From an uncultured archaeon (GTDB lineage: Archaea; Asgardarchaeota; Lokiarchaeia; Sigyniarchaeales; SOKP01): a stretch of DNA of 15,628 nucleotides. Below the pieces are notes generated by a model, which was not told the DNA's origin, did no database searches, and saw only the letters and a program-made list of their open reading frames with translations. The stretch is taken from contig CAYUTF010000010.1 in assembly GCA_964447495.1 (NCBI GenBank), positions 46,474-62,101 of the forward strand, in the 5' to 3' direction. The translations under genes were made by a program, and so were the position numbers. Of this stretch, positions 1 to 8,517 are shown piece by piece (positions within the stretch are counted from its first letter, which is position 1; every line of letters starts with the position of its first letter).

Positions 1-1
1 A

Positions 2-511
2 ACTCCATATATTTACTTTATAATAGGGTTTACTCCACTTCCAATAGCAGCTTATATTTGGAGCATCGCTTTCAAAAAATTAGTTTATCAAGAAAAGAGG
101 AAAATTTTTACTACTATTTTTATTGTTATGGGTGTTATTGTAGAAATAATTTTCATTATTTTGCTTGTGATTGATCCAGGATTAATTGGTTAAGTAATAA
201 GTCCTATTGATGCAGATTACAATCTTTTGATTACAATTTATCAATTTTTTCTTGTAATATACATGTTAATTACAGGAATTCTGTTTGGTAGGGCATCTCT
301 AAGAGATGATAACCCAGAAATTCGATTAAAGGGTAAGTTACTGATAATTGCATTTGTTTCTTTCGTCATAGGCGCAGTTTTAGAAATATTAAGCGGAATT
401 TCAATAGTAATAATGATAATCGCTAGACTAATTTTAATATCTAGTTCGATTGAATTTTATGGCGGATTCATGCTCCCTGAGTGGATGAAAAAGCTTTTTT
501 TAAAAAAATGA
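2..511 (+). pseudogene. Multi-pass membrane protein (5' end outside window) interrupted by an in-frame TAA at 191-193; pseudogene or sequencing error
   Basis: Frame 2 is open from base 2 (TPYIYFIIGFTPLPIAAYIWSIAFKKLVYQEKRKIFTTIFIVMGVIVEIIFIILLVIDPGLIG*), then continues after TAA (VISPIDADYNLLITIYQFFLV...) into the listed 227..511 ORF. Hydrophobic helices lie on both sides of the stop. Confidence 0.75.
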
Positions 512-527
512 AAGAAAAAAGGTATAA

Positions 528-1406
528 TTACTTTTTATCTTTATTAAAGTTTCCAATATCAGTAGTTTGATACACCAATACAATAATGAATCCTGATGCG
601 ACTATAATTGCTGTCATGAAAAGAATCAAAAACAAAATAAAATCTCCTGATGGAGCGATATAAACTGAGAATGTATCAATTAACCAGTGACAAATTATGG
701 AAGGGAGGAGACTTCCTGTGCCAACAGCAATATAACCAAATGCGATGCCTATAATGGATGCATATACAACTTGAGTTAATATGTATATTGGATTAGAAAT
801 CAAGATTGGAACGCTCAACATGTGGGAACATCCAAAGATTATTCCTCCAATTATTATCGCTTTACGCTGACGACCCTGTTCCTTGGGATATAGTCTTAAT
901 AATACTGCCAATACAAGACCTCTGGCATAAACTTCCTCCCAAACTCCTGGAATAAGATGATGAATAATTCCAAACCATCCCATCGTTTCATCACGTATCG
1001 GTGGTCCAAAGACATTTTGAGGAATAAGAATTAGATTTCCAGGTATGCTTGTAAGAAACAAGGAAAAAAAAAGTACGAAAACTGTTCCTGTTACTCCAAT
1101 AAATAACAATTTATCAACTGGTTTATGGTTGGAGAGACGTATTACTTGAAGAAAATCCTTATAAGGCTTAAGTTCTTTTGGTGTCTTTAATAAAAATGGT
1201 ATCATAAACAAACAGGCAAAACCAGCAAAAACAAATTGAATAGAAAATGATATAAATAGTTCAGGTAGATAATCTAATCCAAGAGGAATTATTAGGTATG
1301 TGGAAATTAACTGAGAAATAATAACCATGAATCCAAATACCAATGTTATAAGAATAGAGGTCCAAATAGCATTTTTAGGATTTTGAAGTTTTTCATAAAA
1401 TGACAT
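528..1406 (-). CDS. CPBP family (Abi / type II CAAX-like) intramembrane glutamic endopeptidase
   Basis: 292 aa with many TM segments and the three CPBP motifs: EExxxR (WEEVYARG), FxxxH (FGCSH) and HxxxD/N (HWLID). Confidence 0.88.
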   Translation of the reverse strand: MSFYEKLQNPKNAIWTSILITLVFGFMVIISQLISTYLIIPLGLDYLPELFISFSIQFVFAGFACLFMIPFLLKTPKELKPYKDFLQVIRLSNHKPVDKLLFIGVTGTVFVLFFSLFLTSIPGNLILIPQNVFGPPIRDETMGWFGIIHHLIPGVWEEVYARGLVLAVLLRLYPKEQGRQRKAIIIGGIIFGCSHMLSVPILISNPIYILTQVVYASIIGIAFGYIAVGTGSLLPSIICHWLIDTFSVYIAPSGDFILFLILFMTAIIVASGFIIVLVYQTTDIGNFNKDKK

Positions 1407-1649
1407 ACGATTAAAGAAGATTGATCTTTAAAAAAATTTTTTCCCTAGAAAGCTATCTCATTCTATGATCTTACCAATCTAGAAATCCTATCACGGCTCT
1501 AAGAGAATAGAACTCTAATGATAGAGCATTTGGTTTTTAATAGAAATTTTATTGAAATCAGACTCTGAATTTACATTTCCAAAACTTGATAATATCATCA
1601 ATAAACATCATCATCATTAAATTTTTCCTCTGTAGAGGGATCCAGACTA

Positions 1650-1925
1650 TCATCCCAGCTCTAGCCATATCTTCCCATTATACAAGGAAAAAATTTTATA
1701 TTCATCATAAATAAATGGATCAATCCTTTCCACGTAAATCTTAATGACCCACTCGTAATCATGGTAATCTTCTTTAATTGTAGCATGCTTCCAAACAAAT
1801 TCTTCATGATAGTCCTCGATCTCTTCTAATTTGACCTTGATATTATTATTAACTAAGCATTCTTTATACACATTAAGTATTCTAGCACAAATTAGTTCCT
1901 CATCTTCATCATTCTCAAGATACTT
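1650..1925 (-). pseudogene. Probable gene remnant / short acidic hypothetical protein
   Basis: The 73-aa ORF (GTG at 1871) is open for 18 more codons upstream (KYLENDEDEELICARILN) with no ATG, up to a TAA at 1926-1928 inside the tandem repeat. Composition is protein-like, but no family was recognised. Confidence 0.4.
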
Positions 1926-1988
1926 TTAACAAATTTGTAAATATTTAAGTGTTATGTTTAACAAATTTGTAAATATTTAAGTGTTATG
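1925..1988. repeat. Exact tandem duplication, 2 x 32 bp (TTTAACAAATTTGTAAATATTTAAGTGTTATG)
   Basis: 1925-1956 is identical to 1957-1988, read directly. Each unit contains the palindromes ACAAATTTGT and TAAATATTTA. Confidence 0.95.
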
Positions 1989-2056
1989 TTAATGAATTTA
2001 TCCTTGGTTCAAAAACCAATTTTTAAAAAAATCTAAGTATTAAAGAGGTATAATTT

Positions 2057-2380
2057 ATGCCATATATTGTTTTAACTGCCCGGTTCCCCCTTAATAAGGC
2101 AACTGAGGTTGCTGAAAAATATATTGAGGAGAGAAAATCGTTTCCTCCAGATAGATCCCTAGTAAAAGAACTAGTACCAAATGCAATAAAGGTAGATAAA
2201 GATAAGATAAAATCTATATATATTGCTGAAGTAAAGGAAGGTAAACTGAATGAAGCTCTCATCCGACAACAAAATGCTATGATTATGTATCATGACATCG
2301 AAGGATACGAATATACCATTGATTTTTATTTCAATGTAGTAGAAGCAATGGGAATGATTGGAATGAAAGCACCTGAATAA
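2057..2380 (+). CDS. Hypothetical protein (107 aa, soluble, alpha/beta pattern)
   Basis: ATG start with SD-like GAGGT at 2045-2049, protein-like composition, and a T-rich tract at about 2418-2426. Function unknown. Confidence 0.8.
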   Translation: MPYIVLTARFPLNKATEVAEKYIEERKSFPPDRSLVKELVPNAIKVDKDKIKSIYIAEVKEGKLNEALIRQQNAMIMYHDIEGYEYTIDFYFNVVEAMGMIGMKAPE

Positions 2381-2432
2381 GGATGTCCTATTCAATTCAG
2401 GTTTAATAATTAATATCTTTTTTTTACATTAT

Positions 2433-2807
2433 TTAATCTTCTTTCTTGGAATTTAATTTGAACCACTCCTTAATTTCATCAAAATTTTTTAATCCTTGGG
2501 CAACTTCAATGGTGGTTTGATAAATCTCTCCTTTAGGTGGAGAAAATACATACCCCTTTTTGTATAAGAATATATAAGCTACTAAAGAACCAATTCTTTT
2601 ATTACCATCCGAAAAATAGTGATTCTCAATGATTTCTTTATACAAAATTGTGACCTGATCCCAGATTGATGGAGTGTCATGAAAAGGAATACCCCATTTA
2701 ACTTTATCAAAAGTAGAGATCAATCCCTGTCGATTTATTAAATATCCAATATTAATCTGATCTTTAAATAAAATCTCAATATAGTCTATTGAGGGAATCC
2801 ATACCAT
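2433..2807 (-). CDS. doc: Fic/Doc family toxin (death-on-curing type)
   Basis: 124 aa stand-alone domain with HYFSDGNKR, matching the Doc-type HxFxDGNKR motif. Its start overlaps the upstream stop (TAATG). Confidence 0.88.
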   Translation of the reverse strand: MVWIPSIDYIEILFKDQINIGYLINRQGLISTFDKVKWGIPFHDTPSIWDQVTILYKEIIENHYFSDGNKRIGSLVAYIFLYKKGYVFSPPKGEIYQTTIEVAQGLKNFDEIKEWFKLNSKKED

Positions 2808-3070
2808 TATTCTTCACCAAGCTTTCTCCATTCTTCGCCATATTTTTCCATAAATTTTTTAATTAATTCTCGATCTTCTTCTAAACCTTCCCGAGCTATT
2901 ACTTTTTCTCCTTCTAAGTATTCTTTGTAGTAGTTTTGAATTAGGTATCGAACAACTTCTGCATCATTTTGTATTCCTAATGAGGATTTAATAATTTCAA
3001 AACGATTTGATAGATTACCTTTTAACTCAGTATGTAATACTTTTGGTTTTTCTTTTTCCATAAAAATCAT
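2807..3070 (-). CDS. Putative antitoxin (ribbon-helix-helix-like N-terminus, charged C-terminal helix)
   Basis: 87 aa, directly upstream of and translationally coupled to the Doc gene. Strand-helix-helix pattern (VLHTELK / NRFEIIKSSLG / DAEVVRYLIQNYY). The tail KFMEKYGEEWRKLGE resembles Doc-partner antidote C-termini. Confidence 0.7.
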   Translation of the reverse strand: MIFMEKEKPKVLHTELKGNLSNRFEIIKSSLGIQNDAEVVRYLIQNYYKEYLEGEKVIAREGLEEDRELIKKFMEKYGEEWRKLGEE

Positions 3071-3309
3071 TGATAATATAATTTGTTAGTTTTAATTATT
3101 ACAAAATATTATAAGTTATATTAAATTATAATTTTTTATAGTAAATAGTTTTATTGTATTTCTTTGAATTTTAAAATATAGTTATTATTCTCTTTATTAT
3201 TCCATTTATTTCTTCTTTAATATAAATATTAAAAATTTAAACTCCTCATCCTTTTTTATAATAAATATCTATATTTGAATTATATAAATATGAAATAGGC
3301 AGTGAAACC

Positions 3310-4620
3310 TTGGTTCGGCCTCCAACAGAAAAGAACATCTGTCTTCGCTGTAAAGGTGCTCGATTGTTATGTGGTAAGAAAACTTGCCCTATTTTATTAA
3401 AGAAATCTGTCTTAAAGTCTCTTATACCTTTTGAATTAGATAAAACGAAGAGGAATGTGGAGATTTTTGGAGCGAGTCCGCCTGGTTTTTTTGTAGGGCA
3501 TTTTAATTATCCTAATGTATATCTTGGTCCTCTCGTCCCTTTTCAAGACTTCAAATTAGATTTAAAAATTGCAGATAATTATATTCTTGATGCTCCCGAA
3601 TTATGGTTTGGAAAAGATATGGTTGAGGTAATTAAATATAGAAGTAGTTTGGTTAGAAATAATTTTAAAACGAATGTGAGAATAGGGAAGGTACCAAGGA
3701 AAGCTACCCCTTCAATCAAAACTCAAAAGTTATTGGATTCCTCACAAGAGTTAGCGATGGCGGCTCGTCCTGTAGATACGGAAACAAAATTGGATAAAAT
3801 GAACCTTCGAATGATGTTAGATAATCATACTCCACCATTAGGGCCTACTGGAATGACAGAGAGTATACGGATCACCGAAAATGTGAAAGTCCATCCAAAA
3901 GTTGAATATTGTGTATCCGATACTGACCTAAAAGCTGCAGATGCGGTTTCAGAGTATCTTTTCTTTAAGGGTCATGTGCCTCAATCAACAATTAAACGTG
4001 TGTTCTCTGCTGGATTACTCGGTCAAAAAGATAACAGGCGCTTAGTTCCAACTCGCTGGAGCATTACAGCTGTAGATGATATCATCTCTAAAGCTCTCAT
4101 TAAAGAAATAAAAAAGTTTCCTGAAATTAATGAATATCAAATATTCCAGAGTAGTTATCTTGATAATCATTTTAAAATACTTCTCTTTCCTGGTAAGTTT
4201 ATTTATGAAATGAATGAAGTATGGAATGCTCATTCACTTTGGAACCCAACATATGAACCTCAAATCGCTACTGATTTTGAATTCTATCAAGGTCGGAAAA
4301 ACTATGCAAGTAACATTACAGGGGCATATTATGCGGCTCGCAAGGAGATATGTGAATACTTATACAAAATTGGAAGACAAGCAAGAGTTTTAATTTTTCG
4401 CGAAGTAAGAGGCGGATATGTGGTTCCACTTGGAGTATGGGTAATTCGAGAAACGGTAAAAAATGCAATGAATTCAACTCAACCTTCAGTTATCGATAAT
4501 TTTGATGATGCTATTACAAAGATGATGGATGGATTTACCGTTGACTTGAAGTACTGGAAAAAAAGTAGTAAAATTATTAATTTCATTAAAACCCAAAGAA
4601 CTATCGATAATTTTTTATAA
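3310..4620 (+). CDS. nreA: Nre family archaeal DNA repair protein
   Basis: N-terminal Cys cluster CLRCKG..LCGKKTCP; motifs SPPGFFVG..NYP.V.LGP, RRLVPTRWSITAVDD, GAYYAAR and YVVPLGVWVIRE; C-terminal PIP box QRTIDNFL. TTG start. Confidence 0.92.
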   Translation: MVRPPTEKNICLRCKGARLLCGKKTCPILLKKSVLKSLIPFELDKTKRNVEIFGASPPGFFVGHFNYPNVYLGPLVPFQDFKLDLKIADNYILDAPELWFGKDMVEVIKYRSSLVRNNFKTNVRIGKVPRKATPSIKTQKLLDSSQELAMAARPVDTETKLDKMNLRMMLDNHTPPLGPTGMTESIRITENVKVHPKVEYCVSDTDLKAADAVSEYLFFKGHVPQSTIKRVFSAGLLGQKDNRRLVPTRWSITAVDDIISKALIKEIKKFPEINEYQIFQSSYLDNHFKILLFPGKFIYEMNEVWNAHSLWNPTYEPQIATDFEFYQGRKNYASNITGAYYAARKEICEYLYKIGRQARVLIFREVRGGYVVPLGVWVIRETVKNAMNSTQPSVIDNFDDAITKMMDGFTVDLKYWKKSSKIINFIKTQRTIDNFL

Positions 4621-4681
4621 TTAACTCAATTTGATTACTTAAATTTATTATAATTACATATTTGCTTAATGAGGGATTATT

Positions 4682-5539
4682 CTGATAATTGATATGCATA
4701 TTCATCCTTTCTGTAAAGAAGCCTATTGGGGTGATGATCTCGAATTTGTTGCGCACTCTTTATTAGGTGACAATAAGAGGGGGAGGCGTTTGATGGAAAA
4801 GTTCTTCGATGTAATGCGAACTAAGGTTTCAATTAAAGATTATATAGAACAAATGGATAAATGGGGTATAGATAAGGCAGTTATTGTATCCTATAACCTT
4901 ACAACGGCTTATAGTGTCTGTATCGTTACTAACGATGATATTGCTAATTTTGTAAATCAATATCCTAACAGATTTATTGGATACGCATGTGTGGACATTC
5001 CTGCTCCTGATGCGATGAAACAACTTGAATATGCTATTGAATCATTAGATCTCAAAGGAGTTAAAGTACTCCCTCCGGGACAAAAATTTGATATCTCTGA
5101 TAAAAAATATGACCCTCTCTGGAAAAAAATGATTGATCTTAATGTCCCACTTTGGACTCATACCGCTCAATTGAAAAGTATTATAAATCCTATAACTAAA
5201 TATGGACATCCCTTACTTGTTGACGAGCTAGCAATCCGACATCCCGAATTAACAATAATCATGGGACATATGGGAGTTCCTTGGATGTGGGAAGCATGGT
5301 CAGTGGTGGAAAGAAATCCAAACGTGTATGTTGACATCTCTGCTTACCCAAAATTATATTCATGGTTTCCATTTGACGTTTTTTCAAAGTATAATCTTGA
5401 AGATAGAGTATTATTTGCGTCGGACCACCCTCTTGTCCATTGGAATGAGATTATCCCTGCTGTTAAAGAACTTCCCATCTCGGATGAATTTAAAAATAAA
5501 ATTCTTTATAAAAACGCTTTTAAATTGTTAAAACTTTGA
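4682..5539 (+). CDS. Amidohydrolase family 2 (metal-dependent TIM-barrel) protein
   Basis: IIDMHIH metal-binding motif when extended 4 codons upstream of ATG 4694; also LKGVK, WTHT, IMGHMG, NVYVDISA and VLFASDHP. The start at 4682 is inferred. Confidence 0.88.
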   Translation: MIIDMHIHPFCKEAYWGDDLEFVAHSLLGDNKRGRRLMEKFFDVMRTKVSIKDYIEQMDKWGIDKAVIVSYNLTTAYSVCIVTNDDIANFVNQYPNRFIGYACVDIPAPDAMKQLEYAIESLDLKGVKVLPPGQKFDISDKKYDPLWKKMIDLNVPLWTHTAQLKSIINPITKYGHPLLVDELAIRHPELTIIMGHMGVPWMWEAWSVVERNPNVYVDISAYPKLYSWFPFDVFSKYNLEDRVLFASDHPLVHWNEIIPAVKELPISDEFKNKILYKNAFKLLKL

Positions 5540-5700
5540 ATCATTCTTTAAGAAAATTAGAAGTAATCTTAAAATAGTGATTCAGTATAATATTCATTAA
5601 TTAATTTTAACTGAAAATGTTTTAAAAATTTAAGGTGAATTTCTAAATATGATAATATATAATTTGAAATGTAATGATTTAAGACTTCGAGGTGATGATA

Positions 5701-6939
5701 TTGGCTCTTGCCGGTGAAAAAGTGGGCATTCCTACTGCTGATGAGGCTCCAATGGTTGTAATGGCTCGATACAAACAACCTCTTGCGGGTTTTCTCTCAA
5801 TAATAATAGTATTCATAATAAGTTATGTAACATGGCTTATTTTCTTTGATCCTCGTTGGCATAACCCTTATCCATCGCAAACCATGGAAATTACCGCATG
5901 GGCAACTGTTATCGGTGGATTTGGATTAATTGGGGTAGTCTGGGCGATTTGGTTCGAAAATTGGCCTTATTATAATTGGTTTCGAAAACCTTGGAAAGTA
6001 GGGATAGTAGGTACGGTGATTAATGCGGGGATAATCTTGTTATTTACTCTTATTTTACTTCCATTATTCAATTCTTTTTATGGAACTGAAACTACTGGTC
6101 CATTTAGTGAATATATTAGCTGGTACTTGGGTGCATCTATTTTTGGTGCTTTAAGTGGATCATGCTTTTCCTTTGCTGTTTTATGGGTTGCTGGTACCAT
6201 GTATTGGCCGTTTTTTAAAATTAAACAACCTAAACGTGGGATCATTGTTTGGATTATTGGAAATGCCATAACAATATTAGTGTGGTTTCTGTTATTTTTA
6301 CCTACAGGAGAAAGGACAGCAGGGACAGAAGTAGATGCTGTCAAGCCAATTACAGAATTCCCTAGTTATGCATTTTCTCTTGGATGGACACAGTGGTTAA
6401 TCTTTTTCTCATTATTAACATTGATGGTATTTGAGTATTGGCCGTGGAGTAAATTAGGAAGGAAACAACCATTTATAGGGATGATTGCATTTGTATCTTG
6501 TATTTTATTAGGACTACTTGTCTCATATTATTTCCCTACTATTGTTCAGTTAATTTTCGATCCATTCTTTATTGCAATTGGTGGAGTACCTCCAGGTGGT
6601 GTTGATATAATATCTGTTACTAGATTTAAAGGATGGTATATGATGAGTATTACATATGCAATCTTTCTTATATGTGCGGTTGTGCTTGTATCTCTCTTTT
6701 TTGATAATTGGCCAAAGAAATATTCACAATGGAAGAATTTCATTATCCGCTTTCTACTGGTTATTGGAATTGGAACCTTAACATATCTTGCATATTATAT
6801 TTTATCCCCAATATTGTTTGGAGACGATCCAAATTACTGGCAGATGAATCCCACACCTTTCATTCTCTGGTTTCTGTGGATCGAGATCCTATTTGCCTAT
6901 GTATGGAGAAAATGGCCTATCTATAGAGCAGTTGGGTGA
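5701..6939 (+). CDS. Polytopic membrane protein, putative transporter, built of internal repeats
   Basis: About 10-11 hydrophobic segments with recurring xxxWP and (K/Q)PxxG motifs. SD GAGGTGA at 5689-5695 favours TTG 5701 as start over the ORF-track GTG at 5692. Confidence 0.75.
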   Translation: MALAGEKVGIPTADEAPMVVMARYKQPLAGFLSIIIVFIISYVTWLIFFDPRWHNPYPSQTMEITAWATVIGGFGLIGVVWAIWFENWPYYNWFRKPWKVGIVGTVINAGIILLFTLILLPLFNSFYGTETTGPFSEYISWYLGASIFGALSGSCFSFAVLWVAGTMYWPFFKIKQPKRGIIVWIIGNAITILVWFLLFLPTGERTAGTEVDAVKPITEFPSYAFSLGWTQWLIFFSLLTLMVFEYWPWSKLGRKQPFIGMIAFVSCILLGLLVSYYFPTIVQLIFDPFFIAIGGVPPGGVDIISVTRFKGWYMMSITYAIFLICAVVLVSLFFDNWPKKYSQWKNFIIRFLLVIGIGTLTYLAYYILSPILFGDDPNYWQMNPTPFILWFLWIEILFAYVWRKWPIYRAVG

Positions 6940-6948
6940 TTGATAAGT

Positions 6949-8499
6949 ATGTTTAAAGCTGGGGATTTCTCGATTCCATATGATTTATCTTGGATTGGTG
7001 ATTGGGGTGGCCGAAGAGCCCTTTTAACCCCTCATAGAGAGGCATTTTATGATAACATGGAAAATAAACGGTATACTTACGAGGATTTAAATAATCGTGC
7101 AAATAAATTAGCAAGAATTCTGTTAAATTATGGTGTTTCAAAAGGTGATCGAGTAGCTTTATTCTCAAGCAATAGAATTGAGTGTGTTGATTTATTTTTA
7201 GCAACAGGCAAGATTGGTGCGATTTTAGTACCTTATAACATTCGATTATCCATTGAAGAATTGGAATATTTGATGAAGAAAATTTCACCCTCCATTCTTT
7301 TCTATGAAGATAAACTCGAAACTAAAGCCCTTGAGATAAATAAAAAGTCAAATATTAAGGATTTTGTAGTTTTGAGCAAAAAAGCAGGAGAGCTTGGTAC
7401 TCCTTACTATGATCTTATGCAAAAGGCTTCCGGACATAATATTGAAAAGCCAATATTAAATATTGAGGATCCACATCTCATACTATTTACGGGGGGAACT
7501 ACAGGTCTTCCTAAAGGTGCTATAATCTCACATAGACTTATCTTTTGGAATTCATTAAATACTATTCTCTCTTGGAGTTTAACTCCCAATGATATTCAAC
7601 CATTATTATTTCCACTATTTCATACAGGGGGATGGAATGTACTGCTTGTGCCATTCTATCATCTCGGAGCGAAAACAATTCTCATGGGAGATTTTAATCC
7701 CGAGGAAACGATTAAAGTTATTGAACAAGAAAAGTGTACCATTGTTATTGGAGTACCTACGATGTTTCATATGATTGCGAATACACCAGAATTCACTTCA
7801 ACTCAATTTTCATCAGTAAAAATCTTCATCTCTGGAGGTGCTCCTTGCCCAGTGGCAATAATGGAACCCTATTGGAATAAAGGAAAATTGTTTAAAATGG
7901 GGTATGGATTAACAGAAGTTGGACCAAATAACTTTTACTTGCCAGAAGATAAAATTAAACAAAAACCTACCTCTGTTGGGTTACCTGTATTTCATTGTGA
8001 TATGAAAATCATTAATACAAAAACAGATAAAGTCGTTTCTCAAGGAGAAGTTGGAGAGCTATTACTTAAGGGACCTCATATTTTCTCTGGATATTGGGAT
8101 GAACCCGAAGAGACAAAAAAGACCATTGAGCCCGATGGATGGGTCCATACTGGAGATTTAGCAATGCAAGATGAAGAAGGATTTTATTATATTGTAGGTC
8201 GCAGAAAAGAGATGTTTATTAGTGGTGGGGAAAATGTATTTCCTGTCGAAATTGAAGAAATATTATTTAAACATCCTGCAATTGACCTTGCTGCCGTAAT
8301 TGGCGTTCCTGATGAAAAATGGGGTGAAGTTGGAAAAGCATTTTTAACTCTTAAAAAAGGAAAATCAATTAATAAAGAAGAAATACAGGAGTATTTACTT
8401 TCGAAATTAGCAAAATTTAAGGTTCCCAAATACTACGAAATAAGAGATTCCTTACCTACTAGTGCTACGGGAAAAATTTTAAAAAAAGACCTAAAATAA
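6949..8499 (+). CDS. AMP-forming acyl-CoA synthetase (fatty-acid-CoA ligase / MenE-like, ANL superfamily)
   Basis: Motifs LFTGGTTGLPKGA, PLFHTGG, GYGLTE, GELLLKGP, GWVHTGD, GRRKEMFISGGENVFP and terminal TGKILK. ATG 6949 follows SD-like GGGTGA at the end of the upstream gene; the ORF track starts at TTG 6940. Confidence 0.92.
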   Translation: MFKAGDFSIPYDLSWIGDWGGRRALLTPHREAFYDNMENKRYTYEDLNNRANKLARILLNYGVSKGDRVALFSSNRIECVDLFLATGKIGAILVPYNIRLSIEELEYLMKKISPSILFYEDKLETKALEINKKSNIKDFVVLSKKAGELGTPYYDLMQKASGHNIEKPILNIEDPHLILFTGGTTGLPKGAIISHRLIFWNSLNTILSWSLTPNDIQPLLFPLFHTGGWNVLLVPFYHLGAKTILMGDFNPEETIKVIEQEKCTIVIGVPTMFHMIANTPEFTSTQFSSVKIFISGGAPCPVAIMEPYWNKGKLFKMGYGLTEVGPNNFYLPEDKIKQKPTSVGLPVFHCDMKIINTKTDKVVSQGEVGELLLKGPHIFSGYWDEPEETKKTIEPDGWVHTGDLAMQDEEGFYYIVGRRKEMFISGGENVFPVEIEEILFKHPAIDLAAVIGVPDEKWGEVGKAFLTLKKGKSINKEEIQEYLLSKLAKFKVPKYYEIRDSLPTSATGKILKKDLK

Positions 8500-8504
8500 T
8501 TAAA

Positions 8505-8510
8505 GGAGGT
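8505..8510 (+). promoter_or_regulatory. Shine-Dalgarno site GGAGGT
   Basis: Consensus GGAGGT 7 nt upstream of ATG 8518, within an 18-nt intergenic gap. Confidence 0.8.
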
Positions 8511-8517
8511 ACAGGGA

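Noticed and set aside
191-193. Stop-codon reassignment or readthrough (Sec/Pyl)
   Set aside because: The codon is TAA, not TGA or TAG, and TAA is used as a normal stop throughout the window.
1561-1653. Minus-strand micro-ORF MIVWIPLQRKNLMMMM..., resembling the Doc N-terminus MVWIP
   Set aside because: Similarity is limited to four residues, the ORF is only about 31 codons, and no Fic motif follows; treated as coincidence.
1925-1988. 32-bp repeat as a CRISPR array
   Set aside because: The two copies are directly adjacent with no spacer, and no cas genes are in the window.
2023-2395. Minus-strand ORFs 2023..2262 and 2171..2395
   Set aside because: Antisense shadows of the 2057..2380 gene, which has an SD site and better protein-like composition.
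4042-8429. Short nested or antisense ORFs (4042, 4829, 5328, 5569, 6078, 6546, 6708, 6953, 7407, 7589, 8187)
   Set aside because: All overlap longer, better-supported genes and show no recognisable motifs.
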